Source: Patescibacteria group bacterium (GTDB lineage Bacteria; Patescibacteriota; WWE3; UBA101185; UBA10185). From it: a stretch of DNA of 64,000 nucleotides. Each line of letters opens with the position of its first letter. The stretch's first letter is position 1. Positions 39,045-49,375 of this stretch are shown piece by piece. The position numbers and the translations under genes were made by a program. A model generated the notes under the pieces. It was not told the DNA's origin, ran no database searches, and worked only from the letters and a program-made list of their open reading frames with translations. The DNA is taken from the NCBI GenBank assembly GCA_042571445.1, contig JBHPFT010000001.1, positions 29,232 to 93,231 of the forward strand. Direction: 5' to 3'.

Positions 39045-39989
39045 ATGGAGCCTAATAGTCCTAAAAAAGCTAATTTTTGGAGAAAAAATGTTAAGTCTAT
39101 TGAGAAGTATCAGTTTGTACATCGCTTCTTGCCACATGAAGAGGAACAGAGACGTTCTAAGTTTTTATCCAATGGAGCAATGTTTTTGTACTGTGTGTTT
39201 GTATTTTCTATCACAGTAACATTTAGATTCTTACCAAAACTTGCACCCGGGATACTAGGCTATGCTTCAAATATTAACGTCTCAGATCTTTTATCACAGA
39301 CAAATCAAAAGCGTGCTGAAAAAGGACTTCCTCCATTGAGATTAAATAGTACCCTTTCTGAGGCAGCAAAGCGTAAGGCCTACCATATGTTTGAAAATGA
39401 TTATTGGTCGCATATTTCTCCTGATGGTACTGAGCCGTGGGATTTTATTCTAGGTCAGGGTTATGACTATATCTATGCTGGAGAAAACCTCGCTAAAAAC
39501 TTTTCTAGTTCAAAACAAGTTGTAGAAGGGTGGTACAACTCTCCAACCCACAAGAGTAACTTACTGGGGAGTAACTATGATGAGATAGGTTTTGCAGTTG
39601 TTAATGGAACTTTAGATGGATACGAGACTACTCTTGTAGTTCAAATGTTTGGGAGGCCTAGAGACAGGACACAAATTGCTAGTGTATTGGAGGAAGAAGA
39701 ATTATTAGAAGAAGTTTCTGTTTTGGAAGAAGTACCAGAGCCAGTTATGGGAACTCAAATTACTGTGAATCCTCAGGAAGTTGAACCCACACTTGATGTA
39801 ACAAAGGTTTCTAGGAGTATGAGTCTAACTTTTGGTGGATTTGTTGGCTCTTTGTTAGCTCTTGATGTCTGGTATTCAAAAAAGAAGGGTATAAAAAAGT
39901 TCACAGGACACACCTTTGCTCACTTAACTATTCTTTTGATGGTTATTGTTAGTATTTGGTTTGTGTTTAAACCAGGACTTGTTTTATGA
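39045..39989 (+). CDS. membrane-anchored CAP/SCP (PR-1/YkwD-like) domain protein
   Basis: An N-terminal TM anchor (MFLYCVFVFSITVTF) precedes a CAP domain (RKAYHMFENDYWSHISPDG ... GENLAKNF ... GWYNSPTHKSNLL...YDEIGFAV). A Glu-rich linker and a C-terminal TM helix follow. The start is uncertain, with candidate ATGs at 39018 and 39045. The ORF-track start at 38823 is an antisense-overlap artefact. Confidence 0.65.
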   Translation: MEPNSPKKANFWRKNVKSIEKYQFVHRFLPHEEEQRRSKFLSNGAMFLYCVFVFSITVTFRFLPKLAPGILGYASNINVSDLLSQTNQKRAEKGLPPLRLNSTLSEAAKRKAYHMFENDYWSHISPDGTEPWDFILGQGYDYIYAGENLAKNFSSSKQVVEGWYNSPTHKSNLLGSNYDEIGFAVVNGTLDGYETTLVVQMFGRPRDRTQIASVLEEEELLEEVSVLEEVPEPVMGTQITVNPQEVEPTLDVTKVSRSMSLTFGGFVGSLLALDVWYSKKKGIKKFTGHTFAHLTILLMVIVSIWFVFKPGLVL

Positions 39990-40246
39990 TTGATAACCTA
40001 AAAGAAAACCTTATTGAATATTTAATACTTTTTGTTGCTGTTGCAGTATTTTTAGTTCTTTTCTTTCTCTTTAGGTTTGATAAATCATCTCTTTTGATAG
40101 TGTCTTCACTTGGTTCGATCTTTTATGTTGGGTGGGGTATAATTCACCACATGCTAAGGGGCAGATTAACGAAGATAATTACCTTGGAATACCTACTATT
40201 TGGACTTTTGGTGTTTTTGCTTCTTTTCACTGTCTTAAATTTTTAA
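39986..40246 (+). CDS. small 2-3 TM membrane protein, unknown function
   Basis: 86 aa and strongly hydrophobic. Translationally coupled (overlapping stop/start) to the flanking genes. Confidence 0.4.
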   Translation: MIDNLKENLIEYLILFVAVAVFLVLFFLFRFDKSSLLIVSSLGSIFYVGWGIIHHMLRGRLTKIITLEYLLFGLLVFLLLFTVLNF

Positions 40247-40247
40247 T

Positions 40248-41366
40248 ATGAAAGTAGTAATAGTAATTCCTACATACAATGAAGCTGAAAATATTGGTCG
40301 TCTACTTGATGAGGTGAGTAAAGAAATTGGAAAGATTTCTCACGAGACAAGAGTACTAATAGTTGATGGTAGTTCCCCTGATGGTACAGCTGATGTTGTG
40401 AGAGAAAAGATGAAGTCCTACAAGTTTTTAGATATTGTGGTTAAGGAAAAGGGAGGACTTGGTGCAGACTACATTTACGGATTTAATCATGCTATGGAGA
40501 AGATGGGAGCAGACATAATTGTTGAAATGGATGCAGATTTTCAACATGACCCTAAAGACCTTCCTCGTTTAGTTGCAGAAATTGATAATGGTTACGACTA
40601 TATTATTGGGAGTAGATTTGTTAAGGGTGGTAGTATTCCAAAAGAGTGGGAATTCAAAAGGAAGCTTTTTAGTAGACTTGGAAATATTGTGTCTAAAGTA
40701 ATTTTAGGAATATTTAATATTAATGATTTCACAACTGGGTACAAGGTTTCTAGGGTTAAAGGGTTTGTAGATCAAATTGATTTTGATGCTGTTTTATCAA
40801 AAGGTTTTGCATACAAGATAAACCTTTTATTTAATATGTGCCAGTTAGGGGCTAAGGTAAAGGAAGTTCCTATTCAGTTTGCGACAAGAGACGAGGGTTC
40901 TTCCAAAATGGAGGGAAATAATTTGATGGACTCTTTGAGGGTGGTAGTTACTCTTAGACTTAAGGATAAAAAAACTCAAAGATTTTTAAAGTTCTGTGTT
41001 GTTGGATTTACCGGACTCTTTGTTGACTCCGGTCTTTTTAATTTATTTAGAGTCACAGTTTTTAGTTCTAAAGTATCTTCTCTAGTATCTGGATTTATCG
41101 CAATGATAACTACATTTCTATTAAATAACTTCTGGTCATTTAAAGAAAACAAGTTAGAGGGAGCAGGAAAGAAAGCATCTAGTTTTGTAGTTTACATAAT
41201 TTCTTCTTACGTCCCAATACTTTTTAGATCTTGGTTAATTAAGTTTAGTATTGATAGGTTTGGCGACACATTTATTGTTTCTAATGCAGCTTTCTTTATA
41301 GGAATTGTAATTGGACTAATTTGGAACTTTACTGTGTACAGTAGGATAATATGGAAGGATAAATAA
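40248..41366 (+). CDS. GT2 polyprenyl-phosphate sugar synthase (Dpm1/GtrB-like) fused to a GtrA-like membrane domain
   Basis: N-terminal IVIPTYNEAENI ... VDGSSPDGT ... DAD GT-A signature. The C-terminal roughly 130 aa have 4 TM helices (GtrA-like). Confidence 0.8.
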   Translation: MKVVIVIPTYNEAENIGRLLDEVSKEIGKISHETRVLIVDGSSPDGTADVVREKMKSYKFLDIVVKEKGGLGADYIYGFNHAMEKMGADIIVEMDADFQHDPKDLPRLVAEIDNGYDYIIGSRFVKGGSIPKEWEFKRKLFSRLGNIVSKVILGIFNINDFTTGYKVSRVKGFVDQIDFDAVLSKGFAYKINLLFNMCQLGAKVKEVPIQFATRDEGSSKMEGNNLMDSLRVVVTLRLKDKKTQRFLKFCVVGFTGLFVDSGLFNLFRVTVFSSKVSSLVSGFIAMITTFLLNNFWSFKENKLEGAGKKASSFVVYIISSYVPILFRSWLIKFSIDRFGDTFIVSNAAFFIGIVIGLIWNFTVYSRIIWKDK

Positions 41367-41367
41367 T

Positions 41368-42132
41368 ATGGAATATTCAATTGTTACACCAGCTTATAAC
41401 GAAGAAGACAAAATAACAGCTACTTTAACCCAGGCGGTTGGTTTTATGAGAGGTTTTAGTGACAGTTTTGAAGTAATTATTGTTAACGATGGTTCCAAAG
41501 ATTCTACAGAAGAGAAGGTGAAAGCATACTCTAAGGACAATCCTGAAGTTAAACTTCTTTCTATCCCACATAAAGGAAAGGGTGTTGCTGTATCGGCAGG
41601 TATTATGGCTGCAGAGGGAAAGTATATTTATATGGCTGATGCTGACCTTTCAGCGCCTATTAACGAACTCAAAAAACTTTCTGTTTGGATGATAGATCAG
41701 GATTACGATATTGTTATTGCAAGTAGAGAGGGTGTTGGGGCTAAAAGAGTTGGAGAACCTTTTTATAGGCATATTATGGGAAGAGTATTTAATATTATGA
41801 TTCAGATACTTGTACTACCTGGCATATCCGATACTCAATGTGGTTTCAAACTTTTCAAGAATAAGGTAGCAAAAGATGTATTTGGAAAGCTTAAAATCTA
41901 TAATATTGAAGGTAAGGAGCTTCAAGACGCATATCTCGGAGCATGGGATGTTGAGGTTTTGTATTTAGCACGTAAGATGGGGTATACTATCAAACAGGTT
42001 CCCGTGACCTGGACCTATGTTAAGACTACCAGGTTAAAACCTTTGAAGGACTCGGCCAAAATGGCTCTTGATGTCTTAAAAATAAGACTGAATGATTTAA
42101 AGGGTAAATATAAAACTGCCCAAAAACCCTAA
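41368..42132 (+). CDS. GT2 glycosyltransferase (dolichyl/polyprenyl-phosphate beta-glucosyltransferase-like)
   Basis: IVTPAYNEEDKI ... VNDGSKDST ... DADL. Confidence 0.8.
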   Translation: MEYSIVTPAYNEEDKITATLTQAVGFMRGFSDSFEVIIVNDGSKDSTEEKVKAYSKDNPEVKLLSIPHKGKGVAVSAGIMAAEGKYIYMADADLSAPINELKKLSVWMIDQDYDIVIASREGVGAKRVGEPFYRHIMGRVFNIMIQILVLPGISDTQCGFKLFKNKVAKDVFGKLKIYNIEGKELQDAYLGAWDVEVLYLARKMGYTIKQVPVTWTYVKTTRLKPLKDSAKMALDVLKIRLNDLKGKYKTAQKP

Positions 42133-42185
42133 ACTTTAGAGCCACGTATTTTATTTTTGCAGCTGTTGTGCTGTGAGGAGGACGA

Positions 42186-43559
42186 TTGATGAATATTTGT
42201 GTAGTTGGAACAGGGTATGTTGGTTTGGTTGGTGCCGCTATATTTGCAGATTGGGGAAACAGAATTATTGGTGTTGACATAGATGCAGAAAAGATAGAAA
42301 GAATAAAAAACGGTGAAATGCCGATATTTGAACCTGGTCTTTCCGAAATTGTTTCTAAAAATATTAAGAATGGAAATTTATCTTTTACTACATCTCTAGC
42401 AGAAGGTATGTCTGACGCAGAGATTGTTTTTATATGTGTGGGAACTCCAGAAAGTGACACAGGGCATGCTGATCTTTCTGCAATTTGGAAAGTATCTCAA
42501 GAGATTGGACAAAATCTTGGTAGTTATAAAGTAGTTGTTGTTAAAAGTACTGTACCAGTTGGTACAAATGAAAAGATTAAAGGAATTATTAAAGAGAATC
42601 TAGTATTTCAAACAGATTTTGATGTTGTTTCTAATCCAGAGTTCTTAAGAGAGGGGTACTCTGTTGAGGACATGATGGATCCGGATAGAACTGTTATAGG
42701 ATCAGACTCTGAAAGGGCACTTTCGATAATGAGAAGACTCTACGAACATTTAGGGAAACCAATTGTTGCATGTGATTTTAGATCAGCGGAAATGATTAAG
42801 TACGCTTCAAATGCATTTTTGGCTACTAAAATATCCTTTATTAATGAAATGGGACAGCTTTGTGAAAGGGCAGGAGCAGATGTATCCATGGTTGCAAAGG
42901 GAATGGGTCTCGATAATAGAATTGGTCCCAGGTTCTTAAATGCAGGTGTAGGTTACGGAGGAAGTTGTTTTCCTAAAGATGTTGAAGCTTTATATAAAAC
43001 ATCTACTGATCAAGCGTATGACTTTAAGCTTCTAAGGGGTGTTATGGAAGTTAATTCCACGCAAAAAGATCATTTTGTGTCAAAGATTACAAGGTATTTT
43101 GGTAAGAATCTATCTGGAAAAACAATTGCAGTACTAGGTCTTGCCTTCAAGCAAAACACAGATGATACTCGAGAGTCCGTTGCAATTAAAATAGTTAAAA
43201 TGTTGAGAGGCTTAGGAGCTGATATAAGAGTATACGATCCTGAGGCAATGTATAACGCTAAGAGAGAACTTGGGGAATCAGGAGTTACGTATTGCTTAGA
43301 CAAGTATGAGACTCTTGAAGGAGCAGATGCACTTGCGATTCTTACGGAGTGGCCTGATTTTGCGTCTTTGGATCTAAACAGAGTAAAAGACACTCTTAGA
43401 ACACCAACAATTTTTGATGGTAGAAATCTTTTAGATAGTAAAAAGGCTGAATCTTTAGGCTTTATATACTTCTGTGTTGGAATAAGAACTAACGGTACAG
43501 AGCTTCTAGATAAAAGACCTACCGGACATCCTGGTGTAATATTAAAGAATGGAAGGTAA
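42186..43559 (+). CDS. ugd: UDP-glucose 6-dehydrogenase
   Basis: N-terminal Rossmann fold VVGTGYVGLV and the catalytic GGSCFPKD motif. 457 aa. Confidence 0.9.
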   Translation: MMNICVVGTGYVGLVGAAIFADWGNRIIGVDIDAEKIERIKNGEMPIFEPGLSEIVSKNIKNGNLSFTTSLAEGMSDAEIVFICVGTPESDTGHADLSAIWKVSQEIGQNLGSYKVVVVKSTVPVGTNEKIKGIIKENLVFQTDFDVVSNPEFLREGYSVEDMMDPDRTVIGSDSERALSIMRRLYEHLGKPIVACDFRSAEMIKYASNAFLATKISFINEMGQLCERAGADVSMVAKGMGLDNRIGPRFLNAGVGYGGSCFPKDVEALYKTSTDQAYDFKLLRGVMEVNSTQKDHFVSKITRYFGKNLSGKTIAVLGLAFKQNTDDTRESVAIKIVKMLRGLGADIRVYDPEAMYNAKRELGESGVTYCLDKYETLEGADALAILTEWPDFASLDLNRVKDTLRTPTIFDGRNLLDSKKAESLGFIYFCVGIRTNGTELLDKRPTGHPGVILKNGR

Positions 43560-44757
43560 AAAACGGGTATTAATATTTATTCCCGAATTTCCAAAATTAA
43601 CAGAAACCTTTATTGAAAGGGAAATCTCCAAGTTAGTGGAAAGAAATAATCTTGATATTACAGTAGTTGCTCTAGGAAAGGGTAGGGGAAAGGTATCTGA
43701 TAATCTTTTAGATAGAGTTCATTACGAAAGGATTACCATTCCGATATGTATATCTGCAGCTTTTACTTATCTATCCAAGATTGGACAAATAGTTAAGATA
43801 TTTAAAGAGTTAAGAGACTCTGGTAAAGGAATTATTGGAAAGATCTACATCTTTCTTAAATCTGTAGCGTATACAAAGATATTTAGTGAGTATAAGCCTG
43901 ATCTAGTATTTGCTCATTTTATGGCAGCTCCTTCCACAATGGCTATGATTTCAGCAAGAATTTTAGGAGTGCCCTTTGCTGTATCAGCTCACGCTAGGGA
44001 TATTACTGTAGAAGCAGAGTATGTTGAAGAAAAGATTAGACTGGCTAAGTTTATAACAATATGTAATAAAAATGCCTATAACTACCTTCTGAGAATGAGT
44101 AATGTTGATAATCCTAGCAATGTTCACTTAATTTATCATGGGGTTGATTTTGAAAAGCTACTGAAAAGTGTTCCTAAGGTAAATATTAGAAAATCTGTAC
44201 CAGTCCTTCTTTCCGTAGGTAGATTTACTGAAAAGAAAGGGTACAAGTATCTTGTAGAAGCCTCAAAAATACTTAGAGATAGAAAAATAGCTCATGAGAT
44301 TAAGATTATTGCTGCTGGCCCATTGTACAAAAATATACAGATGAGTATTAAGAAGTATAAGCTGGAGGATAAAATCGAGATTTTAGGAGGTGGGCAAGGA
44401 TTACCTTTTACAAAGGTTGCAAAGTATTACAGGATTGCAGATGCATATGTATTTCCAAGTATAGAAACAAGTAATGGAGATATGGATGGAGTTGCAAATG
44501 TATTGCTTGAGGCAGCTGCTTTTAAACTTCCTATTGTTGCTACAGACTCAGGAGGGACCACTGAAGTTATTAGGAATAATGAAACGGGAGTAGTTGTTCC
44601 TCAAAGAGATCCTGAGAAGCTCGCAGATGGGATACAGGTAGTGCTTCAAGATAAAGATTTTGCTAAAAATATAGGAGAAAATGCTTATAATTACGTGTTG
44701 AAAAGATTTAACTTAGATGAAAATATTAAGAAGTTAGAGGAGTTAATTATTAAATGA
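43549..44757 (+). CDS. GT4 family glycosyltransferase
   Basis: The C-terminal GT-B fold has the E-x7-E region (LLEAAAFKLPIVATDSGGTTEVI). Confidence 0.8.
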   Translation: MEGKKRVLIFIPEFPKLTETFIEREISKLVERNNLDITVVALGKGRGKVSDNLLDRVHYERITIPICISAAFTYLSKIGQIVKIFKELRDSGKGIIGKIYIFLKSVAYTKIFSEYKPDLVFAHFMAAPSTMAMISARILGVPFAVSAHARDITVEAEYVEEKIRLAKFITICNKNAYNYLLRMSNVDNPSNVHLIYHGVDFEKLLKSVPKVNIRKSVPVLLSVGRFTEKKGYKYLVEASKILRDRKIAHEIKIIAAGPLYKNIQMSIKKYKLEDKIEILGGGQGLPFTKVAKYYRIADAYVFPSIETSNGDMDGVANVLLEAAAFKLPIVATDSGGTTEVIRNNETGVVVPQRDPEKLADGIQVVLQDKDFAKNIGENAYNYVLKRFNLDENIKKLEELIIK

Positions 44758-45944
44758 GGATAGCAGTATTTATTAAATCTACAACATTTCATAAAGGTTA
44801 TGGAGGACTTCAGACCCAGAATAAAGCTCTTTGCGAAGAGCTTACAAAGAGGGGTCATGAAATAACAGTTTTTTCTCCACAGCTTGAGTTAAAGGAGGAA
44901 AAGAAGGATGAAAATGGAGTTAAATATATTTTTGTGCCTTGCATATACAAAAAATACATTCTTTCAAGGTTTAACAAAAATAGTTGGAGAAAGAAGTCCA
45001 TTGAAGCTTTTGAAAAGATTCACTCGAAGAAGAAATTTAATCTTGTTTTAAGTCAAAGTTCAGCAGGAGAAAGTGTAGTTTTGAAGAGATTTAAGCTAAG
45101 AATTCCTATCGTTTCAGTTTCCCATGGAACGATTCTTTCAGAGTTTAAAACGTTTGTTGCAAACATGAAACTTCCAAGAGATTTCTTTAAACTTCTTCTA
45201 AATACACAATACTTTCTAAGACAGTATTTTGGTAAGCAAAGAAGATTTGTTTTGGGAGCAGATAAAGTAATTGCAGTCTCAGATATTGTTAGAGAATCTT
45301 TGTTGGAAGAAACCTTTATACATGAAAGGGATATAGTTACTGTGTATAACGGGTTTGACAAGAAAAAGATAGATGATATTGACGTTTTAAAACATGACGA
45401 CGGGTTAATCAGAATTATATTTATAGGAAGAATAGAAAAATCGAAGGGAGTGTTTATCTTGATTAAGATGCTTGAAGAGATGGAACTTAAAAACTTTAAA
45501 CTTTTCTTTGTTGGAGGAGGTTCGGATCTTGATGAGTTAAAAACAAGAGTAGACAAGTCAGATATTTCCTCAAGTGTGGAGTTTCACACTGAACTTAACC
45601 ATATAGAAGCGCTTTCTAAGCTAAAAGAGTCAGATATTTTAGTTTTTCCAACCCAGCGAGTGGAAGGATTTCCTATGGTATTAATTGAATCTATGTTTGC
45701 AAAAGTTCCTGTCGTAGCATTTAGTCAGGGTGGTGTTAAGTACGGAGTAAAGGATAAAGAAACCGGATTTTTAATTGAGCCTACTAACACAGAGGGATTT
45801 AAAGAAGCACTTTTAAGGCTTTTTGAGAATAAGACTCTGAGAGAAAGTTTTGGTAGCAGAGCAGGAGAATGGGGAGAAAAGGAGTTCACAATTGAACACA
45901 TGGTTGATGAATATGAAAAGATATTCGAAGAGGTATCAAAATGA
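44754..45944 (+). CDS. GT4 family glycosyltransferase
   Basis: GT-B architecture with VLIESMFAKVPVVAFSQGG...ETGFL. Confidence 0.8.
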   Translation: MRIAVFIKSTTFHKGYGGLQTQNKALCEELTKRGHEITVFSPQLELKEEKKDENGVKYIFVPCIYKKYILSRFNKNSWRKKSIEAFEKIHSKKKFNLVLSQSSAGESVVLKRFKLRIPIVSVSHGTILSEFKTFVANMKLPRDFFKLLLNTQYFLRQYFGKQRRFVLGADKVIAVSDIVRESLLEETFIHERDIVTVYNGFDKKKIDDIDVLKHDDGLIRIIFIGRIEKSKGVFILIKMLEEMELKNFKLFFVGGGSDLDELKTRVDKSDISSSVEFHTELNHIEALSKLKESDILVFPTQRVEGFPMVLIESMFAKVPVVAFSQGGVKYGVKDKETGFLIEPTNTEGFKEALLRLFENKTLRESFGSRAGEWGEKEFTIEHMVDEYEKIFEEVSK

Positions 45945-47137
45945 AAATATTAAGAATAATTTATGATTGGCCACCACCGTGGCAGGGGCTAGGACCACAT
46001 CCATATGAGCTTACTAAAGCACAGCTACAGCTTGGCCATGAAATTGATATATTATGTGGTAGATGGCCAAAAGCAGGACCAGTAGAAAAGCCCGCAGGAG
46101 TCAAAATGCACCCAATACTAAGAGAACCTTTTAATGGAGCAATCTTTTTTACTAGTTCAGTAATCCTTTTTTTCAAATACTTGTCTTTTAGAAGAAAGAA
46201 TAAGGTAGATATTATCCACTCTCACGGGCATTTTGCTATTTGGATATATCTTTATAGATTTCTTCTTCAAAGATTCTTTCCTTGGTCTAAGGAGCTAAAA
46301 ACTCCATTTGTTGTTCATTTCCACAATATTGCAAAGGATAGATGGGAGAAGATGGAGAAACAAGGAAAGGAGATAAAAAGTATGTCTAAAAAATTTAGTT
46401 GGCCTATGTCTGTTTTCTCGGATAGAAAATCTGTAGAAACCGCTTCTGCCTGTATTTTTGTTAGTGACGAGAATAAAGCCAAGGCTATTGAGCTTTATGG
46501 AGCAGATAAAAGAAGATGTTTTGTTGTTGAGTCGGGAGTAAACTCAACACTTTTTAAAAGGGTTTCTGATATTGAAAGAGAAAAATCGAGAAAGGATCTT
46601 GGATTAGATAGATACGACAAGGTTATATTAAATCATGGTGCTATGGTTGAAAGAAAGAATATTCATCTTTTGGTAGAATCTTTGGAGTTTTTACCTGATG
46701 ATTATAGACTTCTTCTTGTGGGATCTGGTGATAGTGATTATGTATTAAAGCTTAATGAAATAATAAAAGACAAGAAACTTATGAGCAGAGTAATTCAGGT
46801 TGGATACACACCATATCCCCAGACCCCAATTTCATACCAGGTTTCAGATATTTTTGTTTTGCCCTCTTCATGGGAAGGGTTGCCAAAGGTTGTTATGCAA
46901 GGACTTAGTTGTGGGGTACCTTGTTTAGTTTCAGGTTTTAAGCTTTCTGAGGATATAGATGGTCTTTTCTATCTAAAAGATAAAAAACCACAAAGTATCG
47001 CTCAAGAAATTCGAAGAATTCTTAATAGTAATCCCCGCGTTGATATAGATAAAGTTACAATAAATTACTCCTGGCTAAAGCGTGCTGAAGGAGTAGAGAA
47101 AGTTTATGATTTTGCCATTAAAAATTACTTGGTCTAA
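45941..47137 (+). CDS. GT4-like glycosyltransferase
   Basis: GT-B-like. VVMQGLSCGVPCLVS resembles the GT4 nucleotide-sugar-binding region. More divergent than the other two. Confidence 0.65.
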   Translation: MKILRIIYDWPPPWQGLGPHPYELTKAQLQLGHEIDILCGRWPKAGPVEKPAGVKMHPILREPFNGAIFFTSSVILFFKYLSFRRKNKVDIIHSHGHFAIWIYLYRFLLQRFFPWSKELKTPFVVHFHNIAKDRWEKMEKQGKEIKSMSKKFSWPMSVFSDRKSVETASACIFVSDENKAKAIELYGADKRRCFVVESGVNSTLFKRVSDIEREKSRKDLGLDRYDKVILNHGAMVERKNIHLLVESLEFLPDDYRLLLVGSGDSDYVLKLNEIIKDKKLMSRVIQVGYTPYPQTPISYQVSDIFVLPSSWEGLPKVVMQGLSCGVPCLVSGFKLSEDIDGLFYLKDKKPQSIAQEIRRILNSNPRVDIDKVTINYSWLKRAEGVEKVYDFAIKNYLV

Positions 47138-48686
47138 AAAAATATACATATATCTCTTATTTATAATTCTTCATTTTTTCTTAATGAATGTGAATACTGC
47201 AGAGTGGGGTGATACCTACAGGATTTTAAGGGGGTCGGAGTTTATTAGAGATAGTTTTTCTTACCCAATAGATGAGAAAAGACCTCCATTATTTTCTCTT
47301 ATTTTGGCAATCAGACCATCGTGTGTTGATCAGGTAGTTTGGGGTAGGGGAGTGATGCTTATTATCAGTCTAGGAGTATTTTATGTTTTTGATAAATTTA
47401 CTGATTTAATTTTTAAAAAAGAAAAAATTAAAAACATTTGTCTATTATTATTTGTTCTAAACCCCGTACTTTTATATTGGTCGTTAAGAGTATACGCAGA
47501 CACTCTTTTTGCCCTTTTGGTTCTGACTTCTTTTTTCTTAATCAAAAAGTGGGAAAAGAAGTTAGACACACGAAAAGTAGTAGTTTTAGGTCTTTTGTCA
47601 GGCCTTTCCATACTCACTAGATATGAAGGATACATTTTGTTTACCTCTATATTCGTTGGAGTCACGTTTTTAGGTGCAGAGGTAGATTTTAAGCTCAAAA
47701 AGGTTTTGAAACTGCTTAGATCTAGGTCTAAAAATCTTATTATTCTAGGTTTAACGACGTTCTTATCAGTACTTCCATATCTTGCGTTTCGTAATCCCCT
47801 AACCTCTCAATATTTCTCTGAACCACAAAGAAGAGTCTACGATACTAAAATGATTTGGGTCTATTTTGTTTCTTTAATATATATATTTGGATTCGTTTAT
47901 GGATTTTTCTTCTTGTTTAAAAAATCTAATGTGGTCATAGATTTTCTTAAAAAGAATGTGGGAATCCTAACATTTCTTGTTATTGAGAGTGTTTTAATTC
48001 TTTTGTGGCCAGCAGCCATTCCCAGACTTTTCGTCCCAATAATACCTTTCTTAGTAGTACTTTTTATGCTTTCCTTTGAAAAGCTTACAAGTTCAGCAAA
48101 GGTGCTTAGTTTTAAAGACTACACACTCCTAGGTTTTCTATTAGGTTTTTATGTTAGTAGTCAGTACTTTCTAAGACTTCAGTTTATGATTCTTAACACA
48201 AAAGTATTTGCTTTTCTTGTTGTTCTACAGCTCGTGATGGTGTTTTTTATGTATAAAAGAAAGTATTTTGTTTTTATCTATCTATCTCTAATCTCATGTA
48301 CTGTATGGTCTCTTGCCACAATCTATTTACATAAGGATATTTACACTGCTGTTAAAGCAGCTTCCATTTATGCAAGAAGAAACATTAAGGGAAATATTGG
48401 ATTTAATGATGTGACGAGTATTTCTGATTGGTATATTAATAACGCCAGTCCATCTTCTGATATTTCTGGATTTTTCTACTCTTTGCACTCTGATGAATCA
48501 GTAGGATATGGAAAACTTACAGATCATAAGATAACTCACCTACTTGTTACAAATGAAGACAGTGTTTCTGTGAACCCAGAGATTGAAAGAAAAAGTTACC
48601 TAAAGTTAGTTAAAGATTTTAGGTATAATATCGGGAGTAGGCATTTTTATGCCAGAGTTTATGAATTTAGAGGAGGTTTTAGATGA
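47106..48686 (+). CDS. GT-C fold membrane glycosyltransferase (ArnT/PMT, GT39/83-like)
   Basis: At least 11 TM helices. An acidic motif in the first extracytoplasmic loop (PIDEKRPP) and GLSILTRYEGY resemble the ArnT/PMT family. Confidence 0.65.
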   Translation: MILPLKITWSKKIYIYLLFIILHFFLMNVNTAEWGDTYRILRGSEFIRDSFSYPIDEKRPPLFSLILAIRPSCVDQVVWGRGVMLIISLGVFYVFDKFTDLIFKKEKIKNICLLLFVLNPVLLYWSLRVYADTLFALLVLTSFFLIKKWEKKLDTRKVVVLGLLSGLSILTRYEGYILFTSIFVGVTFLGAEVDFKLKKVLKLLRSRSKNLIILGLTTFLSVLPYLAFRNPLTSQYFSEPQRRVYDTKMIWVYFVSLIYIFGFVYGFFFLFKKSNVVIDFLKKNVGILTFLVIESVLILLWPAAIPRLFVPIIPFLVVLFMLSFEKLTSSAKVLSFKDYTLLGFLLGFYVSSQYFLRLQFMILNTKVFAFLVVLQLVMVFFMYKRKYFVFIYLSLISCTVWSLATIYLHKDIYTAVKAASIYARRNIKGNIGFNDVTSISDWYINNASPSSDISGFFYSLHSDESVGYGKLTDHKITHLLVTNEDSVSVNPEIERKSYLKLVKDFRYNIGSRHFYARVYEFRGGFR

Positions 48687-49372
48687 AGTTATCGATAGTT
48701 ATACCTGTTTATAATGAGAAGGATACACTTGAGCAGATTGTTGATTTGGTCAGGGGCGTTGAGGGTATTAATAAGGAAATAGTAATGGTAGATGACGGGT
48801 CTACAGACGGCTCTGTTGAAATCTTAAAGAACTTAAAAGAAAAGTATTTTGATATAAAAGTTATTTATAAAGATAAAAATGCTGGAAAAGGAGATAGTCT
48901 TAGAATGGGATTTGAGCACACTACTGGTGATTACGTAATTATTCAAGATGCAGATTTGGAATACGACCCTCAGGATTACAAGAAATTATTAAAAGTATTA
49001 GAAGAAAAAAACGTAGATGTAGTTTATGGATCTAGATTCAAAGGTAAGTCTGAAGATATGTCTGGACTTCATTACTTCGGTAATAAATTATTAACTTTAA
49101 TAGCAAATTTTTTGTTTGGAGTAGCGCTTACTGACATGGAAACTTGTTATAAACTTATGCCTGGAGACTTCATAAGAAATGTGAAGATAGAAGCCAAAAG
49201 GTTTGACTTTGAACCAGAAATTACAGCGAAAATACTAAAGGCAGGACTTAAGATAAGAGAGGTACCTATTTCATATAAAGGTAGAGGTTTTGATGAAGGC
49301 AAAAAAATTACCTGGAGAGATGGTTTTTCAGCTTTGTATACTTTAATCAAGTACAGATTCTTTAAGAAGTAA
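48683..49372 (+). CDS. GT2 polyprenyl-phosphate glycosyltransferase (ArnC/Dpm1-like, soluble/peripheral)
   Basis: IVIPVYNEKDTL ... VDDGSTDGS ... QDADLEYDP. Confidence 0.8.
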   Translation: MKLSIVIPVYNEKDTLEQIVDLVRGVEGINKEIVMVDDGSTDGSVEILKNLKEKYFDIKVIYKDKNAGKGDSLRMGFEHTTGDYVIIQDADLEYDPQDYKKLLKVLEEKNVDVVYGSRFKGKSEDMSGLHYFGNKLLTLIANFLFGVALTDMETCYKLMPGDFIRNVKIEAKRFDFEPEITAKILKAGLKIREVPISYKGRGFDEGKKITWRDGFSALYTLIKYRFFKK

Positions 49373-49375
49373 CTT

